Shown here: positions 1 to 12,010 of the stretch, in pieces | Numbering within the stretch: the first letter of the stretch is position 1 | Layout of the letters: each line of letters begins with the position of its first letter | Assembly: GCF_000150275.1 (NCBI RefSeq) | Contig: NW_002060950.1 | Span: 2,966,596 to 3,030,595, forward strand | Length of the DNA stretch: 64,000 nucleotides | Source of the DNA: Trichoplax adhaerens | Lineage: Eukaryota; Animalia; Placozoa | Direction: 5' to 3' | Notes under the pieces: model-generated | The model's database searches: none | What the model saw: the letters and a program-made list of their open reading frames with translations, nothing else | What the model was told of the DNA's origin: nothing | Made by a program: the position numbers and the translations under genes

Positions 1-99
1 GCTGGTGAACAGTTTCATGTCGGATTTAGATTAGTGAGAAATTGACATTGTCTCATCTAATTGAAATTCTATTAATTAATAATTATAATTATGTTATAG

Positions 100-3000
100 A
101 TCGAGCTCTATCATTTGGCTAGTGAAGGAGGAATCGTTATATCTTTGGATATGGTGCAGGCCAATCAAGTGTAATAATATATGATTACTATTGCTTATCA
201 GTAAACTAACTTTATGAACTGTTGTTTTGAAACACTTCACGCAATATTGGATAGTTTTAGGAGTTTATAGGGAGCTTTTATATAATTATCGTTCTTTACA
301 AATTAGAAAATTAGCTATAATTATTGATGTTCTTTATAGTTTTTCTTCAATTTCTGCTAACTAGCATAGTTCTATAGTTAATATTAGCGGCGAAAATTCC
401 TAGCCAGTTGAACTAATATAGCTATATAAAAGTAAAGAGTCTGTTCAAAATAAGCTGAACCAATTTAATCCATCTATTTTTTCCCCCTCTTAGACAGGTA
501 TCATATCTCACAGAAAGTGATGCTATAATAGCATTTATATGTCTAGATCAATTTGAAATTTGTACTGGTCAGCCTATAATAGTTCAGTTTAAAAGTAAAT
601 GCAGTCAATATTTGAATAATGAGATGTTACGAATCCGAAGTCTTCTCGAGAAGCAAAATAATAATAGTAATAGATCGGTATTAGAACAGCAAACTCGTCC
701 TCGATTTCCACCAAAGCAAAAGAACTCTGCAAATGAAGATACACAATCATTTCCGCTCCAATCTTGTTTTAATTTAAGTAAGGCTTCGAGGCGACTTCAG
801 GCAAAGAATTTATTTCTTAATGATAGAATTAATCGCAACCAGAAAGTGGTTCAACAACATTGTACTAATGTTAACGATTCTACAAAATTTTCCGCATTGA
901 CAAAGACTATGATTGAGGAAGAGTACCCTTTCTCTAAGAAAGCTTACATCCTTATCGAAAAATTGAATCTGGAGCAAAGAATCCGTGATAAAGGTTGTGA
1001 AATTTCTTTCGCATTTAGAGAGGGTAAAGATGGAGGTTTATTGAGTGCAAGAATGATCGATGGCAATCAAAGTTCTATCTTGAAGGAATTAATGAATTTT
1101 TTCAACTGGGTCGATTCTAGAGAAGATTTATCTGATAGACTATGCAATTATCTTGCTATAAAAACAGATACGACTGAAACTCTTAATAAGGAATGGAGCG
1201 ATCAAAATATTGATGCCGTTATCGTCCCTACTGAAGAGAATACTTGCATATCTATCATTGCTAAGAATATGGCAGTATATAACAGAGTTAAAGCCTTGCT
1301 ATTGCAATTCTTCTGTACTAAAACAACAAAATTTACTGGTGAAAATCTCTCCTTTCCAAAAGACACCCGTTTACTCCTTTCTAGTATTGAAGAAGATGTT
1401 CCCGGATGCAGCAATATCCTACTAGAAGCTAATGTGGATAAAGATGCGAATAATTATATCATAACAGCAATGGGTCCTCGTAATATTGTTAAAGATGTTA
1501 TTCAAGCTATAGAAGCTAAAATAGAAGATTATAAATTAATCAAATTCGTTATTAGCGATATTTCAGTTTTGAAAACGGAATACTTACGAATGTATTTACA
1601 TGGTGATATCCGGTCTTTAGAAACGAAATACGACTGTCAAATTGAGATCGAAGAAAAATTAGGAAGTGATTCTTGGTGTGTGGACCTACGTAAAAATTTT
1701 TCTATCGAGTGTTGCCACATTCATAAAACTACTATTAGCAACAAAGTTCAAGCTCTGTTACAAAATATTACTACGGAAGAAGGAGGTCGGATTAGTAAAT
1801 ATTCGTATATTGGGCGATTGTTTAGTAATAGCAAACATAAAGCCAAATTAGAGCGCCTACAAGGAGAACTACAATGCTTGATTGCCATGACTGATGATAA
1901 TGACGAAAGGTACATATATTATTCAATTAATCGTTGAATTAAAGTAATAAAAATTATTTAGTCGTATTAGATTTACAACAGTTATAAATATAGAATGATG
2001 ATTGAAATAATATTAAAAGTGAATGAGTGAGAGAAAGGAAAGTCAATATGGCCTCGTTGTTTCCTCAGAGAGGAGGAAGATATAGTCAAAATGAAATGCC
2101 AATACGGAAATGGGTTACATTATTACCAGTAGAAGCAACTTGCGTAGGATAAAAATAAACATGGGAATTGCGAGCTTGCATTCATGTTACTACATGTAGA
2201 AGTAGATTGAGCATTCAATTTTTTGGATAAAAATCATTTTCCTCATTTAGGTTTTCTTGTTCTATGTTATAGTAATGAAAGTAAGTCTATGATTGAAAAG
2301 TCTATAATGATTGATCAGAAAGAGGTTCTGCAAACAGCTAAACAAGAGGAAGTAACCGCGACTAAAAGTGCTGCCGTTAGTGATGTAGCTGAATCGGTTT
2401 CGCAAACAAGTAGCGTTGAAAGGCAAATTAATAATGTTGTTATTAAATTGTTACAAGGAAGACTTGAACGAGAAGGTGCAGCTACTGTAAGTAGCAAAAT
2501 AGAATTCGTCTTAGGCTATGCTATCTCTAGTTTAATAATAAATAGAATAGAAACTATAATATCATGTAAAGAGAATATTTTTATTACTTTCAGGCTGATG
2601 TTATTGTCAGTTCCATGAGTTTGAATAATTTTTCAGAAGGTAGAATTGCCGGAGCATTATCAGCTGCTGGAGGAGCAGCGTATCAGAAAGAATGTGTTAG
2701 TCAGTTGCAATCGCTAACAATTAATGGTATTGGCTGTACAAGTGGGCAGTATTTTGGTTGCAAGAAGGTATATCACATTGCATTTTTAAGCTCCAATAAA
2801 GCAATATCGGTAAGTTGATACTCAATATAGAAGATGCTTTAACAAGGCAAATACATTATTGCTAGCCATGAATATATATAGTGTTAACTGCAATAACAGC
2901 AGATAATGATGTTAGTTTATTTGAAAAAAAATTACTAGTTCAGTTAACTTGACAAGGATATGTTATTTTTAATTGCCCGCTTTAGTGGCTTAGCCAACGT

Positions 3001-4977
3001 ATTAAAGATTGCTTAAAAAAAGCTGATAATGAATCCATGCAATCAATAGCCATACCTATCATCGGCACCGGAAGTATTAATTTAAATATCGATGAAGTTA
3101 CCAAGGAAATGATAAAAGTAGCAATAGACTTTGCTCATAAGCATACAGGAAGCCTACGAGAAATCTATTCTATCGTCTTTCCTACTGACTTAAACGTTTA
3201 TAGTGCTATGAAGCAATCGCTAGAATCGAGTAAAGTACTAGAAGTGCAACTTAAACAGCAAGCTGAACTCGTTAAGAAGTTAACAAAATCGACCGGAAAT
3301 ACCCCTACGCATGTAAATCTTAGTGGTACAAAGAAGCTATTATTTTCAGCTCGATGCGAAGTCACTGAAACACCTATTTGTATTAATATTTATGATGGCA
3401 ATATTCATGATGTAGCTGCAGATGCTATCGTTGATATAACATCTTTATGCCCTAAGCATTCGAAAATTGATTCTCATTTAGACTTTATTCACTATAACGA
3501 TGCTGAGCATACATCACAAACTTTGCGAAAACTCTCTTCTAAATCGTGTTCAAGTATATATCAAGTTTGTCCTTACGGTTGCTTATCTGGCTTTAGTACT
3601 ATATTAGCAATCATTAATGCCCGTGAAGAAAAATCGATCGCGATTCCGTTGTTAAGTCATGAAATGGATTTCACTCATGTTTATAGCTTAATAGATACTA
3701 TAGAGATATTTATAGCTAATAATCTAAGTGCGAGCAACGTATCTAAATTGTTTTAATTTTGTCATTGGATATAAAGATCGAAGTCGAGAATTCGCAAGCT
3801 GGATGCAAATTGTAATCGTCGATAAGCCTTTACAGTTTGGGTGGCAAATTACTCAACACGTAGCAGTTAAAGAACTTGGTTTTAATGTAACTTATGTCGC
3901 TAAAGATAAATCTATCATTACTAAGATGGAATCAGAAATGGAAGAACTTACAGATGCTTGGAAGTGTCATAAGTTGACAGAAGAAGATTATTTTGATTCA
4001 GTAGATGAAAGTAGTTGGTCTGAGCTTGCGTTACAATTTTGGTCAGAATATAACACAATGTTAGTAAGGCAAGATCAAGATAAACTTGTATGCATACATG
4101 GGTTCGAGAACGATATACTGAATGCTGTTTCAAGTATTCATAAGCTAAGTAAAACTTACTTTGAAGAGAAAGCTCAGAATGAAGTAGAGAAAGTTATAGC
4201 CGAAACAGCTAAATGGTATGTCGAAGTTGAAAAATCTAAGGTTTACTTTGAAGTAAAGCTAAATTACGAAATCGAAAAAAGCTATAAGATTTACTGTAGA
4301 GATAAGACGATGAAGATTTTTCAAGTCGATGCAGGAAATAGAACGATCGATTTTGGCCAAATGAAGGTCAGGGATACTGACGCAAAAGAGTATCCCATAG
4401 GGAAATTATCCGCAGAAGGTGTGCAAGAAAATGATATCTCGTCAGAGATCACATACGTACAATTATGAATTTTATAATTCTTAATTGCTTTACTAGATCG
4501 AATATAGGGTATAAATGGTTTTTCTTTGTTTTTTATTTAAAAATTCGAAACTGGTAGCATATCTATCAATTATAGTTTGATAAATATATTTATTAATTGT
4601 TTGAATTTTATAATAACTAAAGATCGAATACAGGGTATAGAAAAGTTTTGATCTAGTTCTATGTCGGATTTCGAAACTAGCAGCATATCTAATTTTTATA
4701 GCTTGATAATTACTTGATAACGAAAGCCTTCAGTTATTGTCCAAAGCGACCTTAGTTTAGTCTTACGATGGCATTATAATAATACTCATGGCTTGTTTTT
4801 GTTTATTAGCATTTGCTATACCTCCTAGCTGGGAATACGAAAATCAAGACGAAATTAAAGATGGTTACTTTCACATAGCCGATGTTAAAAATCAAGAGGA
4901 AATAAATGAGATATCTAGCGTTCCGGGATTGAGCGGATTGAATGTTAAAAGGCTACAAAGAATTCAGAATTGGAATT
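100..4977 (+). CDS. PARP14-like: Macro-PARP paralog 1 (PARP14-like), 5' end outside window, 1-bp frameshift at ~3733, runs into N gap within first ART exon
   Basis: Exons 100-170, 494-1909, 2273-2486, 2594-2809, 2986-4418, 4810->4977, all GT/AG and phase-compatible. Contains RRM2 (VQVSYLTESDAIIAFICLDQFEICTGQPIIVQF), macrodomain motifs ADVIVSS..GRIAGALSAAGG and SIAIPIIGTG, WWE-like KWYV..LNYEIEKSY..IDFGQM, and ART start IPPSW..RLQRIQNWN. Has an extra A at 3733 relative to paralog 2. Confidence 0.88.
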
Positions 4978-5027
4978 NNNNNNNNNNNNNNNNNNNNNNN
5001 NNNNNNNNNNNNNNNNNNNNNNNNNNN
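4978..5027. other. Assembly gap (50 N)
   Basis: Run of N inside the first ART exon of paralog 1; a round number, so probably a placeholder of unknown true size. Confidence 0.99.
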
Positions 5028-5619
5028 ATCATATAGCTGAATGATGTTGATTAATCATATTTTGGATATAATGAAGTGTACTATAATTTGAATACTGAAC
5101 CATGACTGAGTCGGTTAAATTGTCAAAAGTTATCGCATTTATTGGCTTTAAGCGAGTTATGATCAGCTCATTAATTCATAGGATATAATGCTATCACGAA
5201 CTAACGTAATCACGTAATCATTCTATCTAGTAATAACACTGCAAAAGGTTGCATGAAACTCATTATCTGGCCAAATCAGGACGATAATAATAGATTTGTC
5301 AATCAAATGAATTGATTGTACTAAAATCTAAACTGTTAGCGTGCCTTCAACATTATCATAACACCGCACAATTTAAAGATAAAAGCTGGAACATAATTCT
5401 TATCTCTAGCGATCTATCGCTGATAATAAATCCAGTTATTTGGATTTATAAAGCTGGATATTACATAAGTGTATTGCAATAAAATCTTATCTGTAAGCAT
5501 TTTAATAATAACTAGTCGAATCCCACTTACCCAGCTGTACACTATCAATGTGACTCAATAAGAAGAAAGCATCACATTATTTGGATACGTTTGTTTAATG
5601 TAATTTATGTCAATACTAG

Positions 5620-5956
5620 CAATATCTTGAAATCTAAAGATGGAAGCTTGATCTCTAAATTAATAATTGTATACATACGTCGAAACTGGATCATTAGAGC
5701 AAAATGATCGATATTAAGATATGCAATAGTTAATCACCAAATAATACTTGCTGCAATCATTGACATGTCATCTTTTAACCCGCTTTATCGAATCAAAAAA
5801 TTATTTTTGATTAAGAGTTGGAAGCAAACAAAGTAATGGAGTTTAAACAAAGTGGCGGATATAACACAGAGCTAAAAAAATAAGAATGGTTTGAAAATGT
5901 ACAAAGTATGCTAAGCAAACGCTGTTATTCCTTTATATTAAACGCTAGTACAAGAC
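5620..5956 (+). repeat. Duplicated downstream-intergenic segment (second copy ~7270-7626)
   Basis: Colinear similarity, e.g. cttgatctctaaattaat..gtatac..tcgaaactg, taagatatgcaatagt, attaagagttg.aagcaaacaaagta, ctgttattcctt..tacaaga in both copies. Confidence 0.85.
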
Positions 5957-6503
5957 GTCTATTTCATGGTACTGCTAGTAGTAAAATAGCTGGGATATGT
6001 AGGAATGGTTTTGATAGAGATTATTCAGGGACAGCTGCAGGTTTGTATGTATAAAACCATATGAATATTTTACACATTATATTAGTAAATGTAAAATAGT
6101 AAATTTTGTAAAGGTATACTTTCATACCTACCCGTTTCCCGTACATCACTGAATAATTTTGAAAATTAAAAAAGTCTTGTCTCGCTGAAATTAAGAAAAG
6201 GATCAAAATCGTTCAATGTATTTCTTTTCTTCCCATTTGCTAGGTTCTACATATGGTACAGGAACTTACTTTGCTGTCGACGTATCTTTTTCGCGGGGAT
6301 ATGGCGATTCATTATTACTAGTGCGTGTTCTAACGGGAATCTGTGGTTATTCAAGCGGCAGTGGTAAGCCAAATTTGTCAATCATTCCCGGAAGCCAAAA
6401 TGAACGTATACATTCCGTTGTGGATAATACAAGTAACCCTTCTATGTATATTGTATCGAATGATAATCCTGCTTATCAGGAATACATAATCTATTTATCG
6501 TGA
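5953..6503 (+). pseudogene. PARP catalytic-domain 3' fragment (half exon plus last exon); either an orphan partial duplicate or the disrupted end of paralog 1
   Basis: 5953-6040 encodes RRLFHGTASSKIAGICRNGFDRDYSGTAAG; intron 6041-6243; 6244-6503 encodes YGTGTYFA..VRVLTG..PSMYIVSNDNPAYQEYII*. It begins mid-exon directly after intergenic-type sequence, and has AYQEY instead of the conserved AYPEY. Confidence 0.75.
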
Positions 6504-8154
6504 ATTAATCAGTAATTATTTTAAACTACATGAATCATCTTGATCTGGGTGTAAAGCTAGTGGCTTGATTTGTAAATTAGTGGTGATTCAGCAAGTTCTA
6601 TCTTAATCGACCTTAATCTTTCTATTTAGAGATTTGAGGAACTTTGCTCTTTCAATACCAATTTCTTTAACGATGTGTAGCTTCTCTCTCACAAATATAT
6701 TCAACATAATTCTTAATATCAGTAATCTATTGCTGACAATAAAATCCAATTGACTGGATTTATAAAGTTGGATATAGCATAAGCGTATTGAAATAAAACC
6801 TTGTTTGTATAATTTTGTTGAGTAATGAATCATGTATTAGCACCTAGCCATCAATTAACTACTATTGAACGTCATAGAAAGTGTGTTTTGATTCTTGCTA
6901 TATTCATTATGTAGACTTGGCTATAAATTTATTATTGTTTTGCAACAACGAAGTTTATTAGGCTATATAAAAACCTCAAAGTTCTTAATTGAGAGAGTTG
7001 ATAAATTAGTGGATAACAAATGGTTAACGTTGTTAATAGTAGGTTGTAAGTTGTGAGTTCAATCGGTCATTTTAATAAATAGCTTTAAGAATAAAGTTTT
7101 AATTCTTATCCTAAGTATTCTATCGTCTAAGATTCGAATCTAAGTTTGATAGATTGAAGAGTGCTTAGAGTTAGTTGCTTAGATAGTTAAGGCTACTTTA
7201 GTGGAAAGAACCCCATTAATTTTTATGCTGCAAGCTCGGTTGTGACAGCATCTTATAATAATGTTAGCAACATCTTGCAATTTAAAGATAGGGGCAGGAA
7301 TAAGAATCTTGATCTCTAAATTAATGGCTGTATACAAGTATCGAAACTGCATGATTAAAACAAAATGATAAATGATAGATCTTAAGATATGCAATAGTAG
7401 ACCACTAACTAATACTTGCCACAAATATTGACACGTCATCTTTTAATGAATTCGGTTTATCAAATCAAAAATTAGTTTCAATTAAGAGTTGAAAGCAAAC
7501 AAAGTAGTAGACACTAAACAAATCGACGGATCCAACCCAAAATTAATAAAAACAAGAATAGTTAGGAAATGTACTCAGTACCGTAAGTGTACTGTTATTC
7601 CTTTTTTATAAACCGCAGTTACAAGATTAGCTTCATCTATCCAAACTTTAACAACTTAAACTATTACCATTCACGATTTGACTAATCAAAGATTTTAATA
7701 GTATAATTAAAATTTGTAGGAAAAATACTGAGTAGCTAAACAAGTGCCATTATTCCCTTTTTGAATAAACTGCAATGACAAGATTTCGATCGTAGCTTCA
7801 ACAGTTTTAATTATTTTCATTCCGTGCTAAACTACCCCAATTTTTCAAGAGTTAAACCTACATATAGGAGAGATTACTACTACATGAAAATGGATATGGC
7901 TACAACAAATTGATCACAAGAACTAATTTCATTTTTCAAAGCAGTAGTCATTGTAGAGTCAATGTTAGATCGCTTGCATCCTACTGTATCAGTAGAATGA
8001 AATAATTAACGCTGTAGCAGTAGAAGATAATTTGCTAATATTTGCTTGCAAATTTTAAATGCTTCCATATCGATGCTGTACGGGGCAATAAGCTGATTAT
8101 AAAAAAATGTTTACTATTGAACTGGAGAAAGTTCAATTGGCTGGCAAGTATCCA

Positions 8155-8905
8155 TAAATTTTACTCAATATCCACACACTTTTTCTTTTTGTCGACTCAA
8201 CAAAATGGAAATAGTAGAAGTTTACAGAGTTGGCAATAATAATTCTGGTGTCATAGAAGAATAAAAGCAGTGCTAAATGGCAGCAGAAAGCTGCTTACGC
8301 GGCAATTTTGTTGGTTAGCCCTTGATTAAAAGATTATATGACCACAAACTGCATACCGGAGCAATCGAAAGTTTTGAAGCCTCTATTAGAATGGCAATCC
8401 ATAAATAGTTATTTGAATTAATTAAATAAGAAATGATCAAGTTCACTGCTTTCTTATCCGTAGACTGATAGACTATGGTGATAAGGCTCTGTTTACTTTA
8501 TTTTCAAGTGGTTTTCTGATATTTCTATCCAGCTTAAGACAAATACAAAAATTGCTGGGCAGAGTCCAGTATTCCCACTATTGACTTCCTATATAAGTTA
8601 CAGGGTTACTTACTTGATAAACGCTCAGGAACTAGTTAAATTAACTGCATTTAGTGACGGGAAAAGCCGTCACTGGGATTTCGCGACTAAAAAAAAGTGT
8701 CGGTTATATCCGTCACTGGGACTACAGGAACCAAAAAAAGTGTCGGTAATACCCGTCACTGGGGTTACAGGAACCAAAAAAGTGTCGGTAATTACCGTCA
8801 TCTGGGATTAAAGGGTTGGATTTTTTCGCAACTTCATGTGTGAAATTATCTCAATCATTCATCACCTCCCTGATGCTATTTTCAGTGTTGGTTATTGTTC
8901 ACGGT
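8155..8905 (+). repeat. Diverged local duplication, paired with ~9960-10423
   Basis: Colinear blocks such as ttttctttttgtcga, cttgattaaaa, ctgatagactatggtgataa and atgtgtgaaattatc. The first copy carries an extra ~290 bp insertion. Confidence 0.85.
8524..8816. mobile_element. Small inserted element with ~43-bp tandem subrepeats (possible non-autonomous DNA transposon end)
   Basis: Absent from the paralogous site at ~10334. Contains 3+ copies of ccgtcactggg..aaaaaagtgtcggt (8667-8808) and a hairpin agtgacgg/ccgtcact (8653-8674), and ends in ttaaagggtt, resembling a piggyBac-like terminus. No clear TSD. Confidence 0.5.
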
Positions 8906-9050
8906 GGTTCTGAAAAGAGTTAACGCCACGCGTATTCACGATTGGTTTGCTAATTAAGAAAATTTTTCGATTTTCATGCAATGTATATTGTGTTTGTAAA
9001 CTAGTGGTCAAGTTGTAAAGGGAGAAGATTCATTAGTTACGTTACTTAAA

Positions 9051-9764
9051 GGTACTTGGATACCGGCTACAGCCATAAAGCCTCATAACACACCTCGGTC
9101 GTATATTCTGAAATCTATGCAAGGTAGAAGTTATAGACGAAATCGAAGGCACATAAGGAAGGTAGCTACAGCTAGTCATGGCTATACTTCTCTGGAAGAC
9201 GATATAGATACTGTACCAAACAACTCAACCGATGATAACCAGTCGATCAGAAGACACTCAGTACTAGAATAACAAAATCCAGCCATAGGAAAAGAACAGC
9301 GTAGTACGAGAACCGGGCGTATTGTCAAGATGCCCAAGAAACTAGATGATTATATAGTGCAGTAAAATGTAGAATGTAGATTCAGGATTATAAATAAATG
9401 TGCATGTTTTCATTGTAATGATAGTATAGCGTGTCACCAAAAAAAAACATGGAATATTTGCAATGATGATATCTATGGAGTAATTTATATCGCTTAATTT
9501 ATTTTGTTAAGTGAAGTGATGTTATGTTAGGGTTAGAATACAGTAAGCTGTTGTACTGCATCTAATGTGTTAGCATAAGATAAGGTAATGAATTACTAAG
9601 ATAACGGTATATAACATATATATAACATATATATAATACGTTATTATGGCTATATTATTTAAATGCAGTAAATCCTAAATAAAAGAGACTTTTAGTAAGC
9701 TTGCTAGGAGGAGTGTATCAAAGTCCCTCGTGCTAACGTTAACGACTAAGAGTGAAAACACAAC
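9051..9764 (+). mobile_element. 5'-truncated Ty3/Gypsy (Mag/K02A2.6-like) LTR retrotransposon relic: integrase C-terminus, PPT-like tract, 3' LTR
   Basis: 9051-9365 translates as GTWIPATAIKPHNTPRSYILKSMQGRSYRRNRRHIRK..(stop)..STRTGRIVKMPKKLDDYIVQ*, with the hallmark PRSY/YRRNRRH and TRxGRxVKxPxKLDDY motifs. Purine tract ttaagtgaagtga is followed by TGTTATG at 9520; AATAAA at ~9678; ends ..acacaac at 9764 where shared intergenic sequence resumes. Confidence 0.8.
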
Positions 9765-11485
9765 GAGCTGGACATAAAATAAGCGTATTACAATAAAATC
9801 TTATCTGTAAGCATTTTAATAATAATTAACCGAACTCTCCATACCCAGCTGTGCATTAATTATCAATATAACTCAATAATAAGGAAGCATCACATTATTT
9901 TTCTACTTCTTTTAACCTTATTTATTTCGACAAACTTCAATTGTCAGAATAGTATATATATAAATTTTATTCAATATCCTCCCTATTTTTTCTTTTTGTC
10001 GAATCAGCAAAATAGAGAGATAATAGAATTTTGCAGAATAGGCTATAAATAGTTCTAGTGTCGTACAAGAATAAAACAGTCTTACATGGCAGCAGGAAAG
10101 TATTTAAGAAACAATCTTATTGGTTAACACTTGATTAAAATAATCTTATGACCGCTGATTGCATACTGCAGCGATCGAAAGCTTTCAGATCTCCATTCAA
10201 GTGGCAATCTATGAATAGTTATTTGCATTAATAAAATATGAAATCTTCACGTCCACTGCTTTATTATCCATAGGCTGATAGACTATGGTGATAAAACTTA
10301 GTTTTGCTTTATTTTAAAGCCGTTTCCTGATATTAGTGGATTTTTAAGTAGCTAATGTGTGAAATTATCGAGATCTTTCATCGCCTCACTTATACTATTT
10401 CCAGTGTTGATTATTATTAAGGTAGGCAATCTTGTTTGATCGTATTGTTTACTAATTTGCCATGTATCTAAAATTCACCATGGAGTGAGGAGCCAGATGA
10501 TATAGCTTAAAAAGTTGAGTACGACGAATACGAATGTTAGACCAGATCGAAAGGCAGAAAAGTTTTTCAAGGATAATTCGAATCTGAATTATAACACATT
10601 ACGATATCCAGATCGTGAGATTAAAAATAATGCTGCCTTTAAACTACTAGTATTTCTACTTACAGTTAAAATTTGGATCATTGCTTTGGTTTATCAAATA
10701 TTTTCAGCTGTAATTGGCATTTATTGAACAGATACTATCGATAATTTTTGTCTGAATTACTTCATCACGCCAATAAAAATAATTTGATGGATGGACAAGA
10801 GCCACTTATTGATCCCCTTAAAGGAATAGAAGATTTAACTATAATAAAATGTCTTAGCAAGAACAGTGTGGCTTACATTTTTTGACATGCAGCTATAGCG
10901 TATTTTCGTTGTATCGGCTAATTAGCTTTTCACTGAATAGATCTCTTTGACAGTTTTTTCAAAATTGCTTGATCGTGCTTATATACAAAACTTGATCGAT
11001 GAACAAGAGCCACTTAGTGATCGCCTTAAAGTAATATGAGTACTAAGTATAAGTGTAATAAGATATCTTAGCAAAAAACGATGTAGTTTGCCGCGCGTTT
11101 CTAGCATAGGCTTCTTCGACTAGGGTGTGATTTTGTATGAAGATCATTGCAGTTCTACTAATATTAAAATATCAGAATGTAATATCGGCTTATTGATTAG
11201 AACTAGTTATAAATGATATGCTAATCAGATATTAATCAATATTCCTTGTTATTGTTTGATAGTCTTTAGGATAGGATTGATAGTGTTAGGTTTTAGATAG
11301 ATGTTTTGTTGTTGGAGAATGATTTCATTTACAATAGCTTATGTTGTATTGATGTTATAGTATTTAGTGTCGATGGAATGCCTTACATTGCCATTTATTT
11401 GCAAGACTTAGAGATAGTTCTTAATAAAATAGGCAATTGTGATAAAATCCGATTACGAATATTCCAAGGTGTAGAGAATTAAAAC

Positions 11486-12010
11486 TTTATTGGATCTACA
11501 GTAATAAAAAGACTAGCTATACACAGTTTTACTCTAGCCGAATACAACTACTGATAGACTTCTAGAAAGAACTAACTGAATAGTCTAAAGTTGCCAGCTT
11601 ATGTACATTTCGTAGCAGTCACAGCCATAATCAGCATAGCAACACTCTACCTTAATTTACATGTAGTCGAATTATTATTAGTAACACAATTTTACAGCGG
11701 ACCATCATTAATCCGATATGGAAACAACTACACTATTTCCGTAGATATTATATTATTCTTAGCAGTCAAAGTACAGTAAACTAAGTATATCCTAATGTAT
11801 GAATTACAGTTATATTTTGACCTCTAGCCTTACTAGTAACTCAACACCTTACTATATTATATATAGTCATCTATGCTGTAGCATACAATCTACTATTACA
11901 GTCCATCATCGCGAGCTATCAAATAAGCCTTAAGATAAATATAGAAAGTTGCGCTTTCGTACATCTTACTAAACATAGCTAAAAGTCTACTATCACAATA
12001 ATAAGTTTCT
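11486..12010 (-). repeat. Dispersed repeat family A (other copies ~33089-33520 and internally deleted ~62240-62470)
   Basis: Shared strings actctagccgaatac, agacttctagaa and tagtaactcaacaccttact. The two long copies begin with ctttatt (AATAAAG on the minus strand). Confidence 0.8.

Noticed and set aside
612-4468. ORF-track entries as separate prokaryote-style genes or an operon
   Set aside because: They are exons bounded by GT/AG sites with compatible phases; the TTG/GTG starts are artefacts of the ORF caller.
8581-8811. 76-aa ORF and CRISPR-like look of the 43-bp repeats
   Set aside because: Units are adjacent tandem repeats with no unique spacers, in a eukaryotic context with no cas genes; the ORF is a by-product of the repeat.
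10786-11075. Short direct duplication (caagagccactta..ccttaaag) about 210 bp apart
   Set aside because: Ordinary local duplication with no coding or structural signal.
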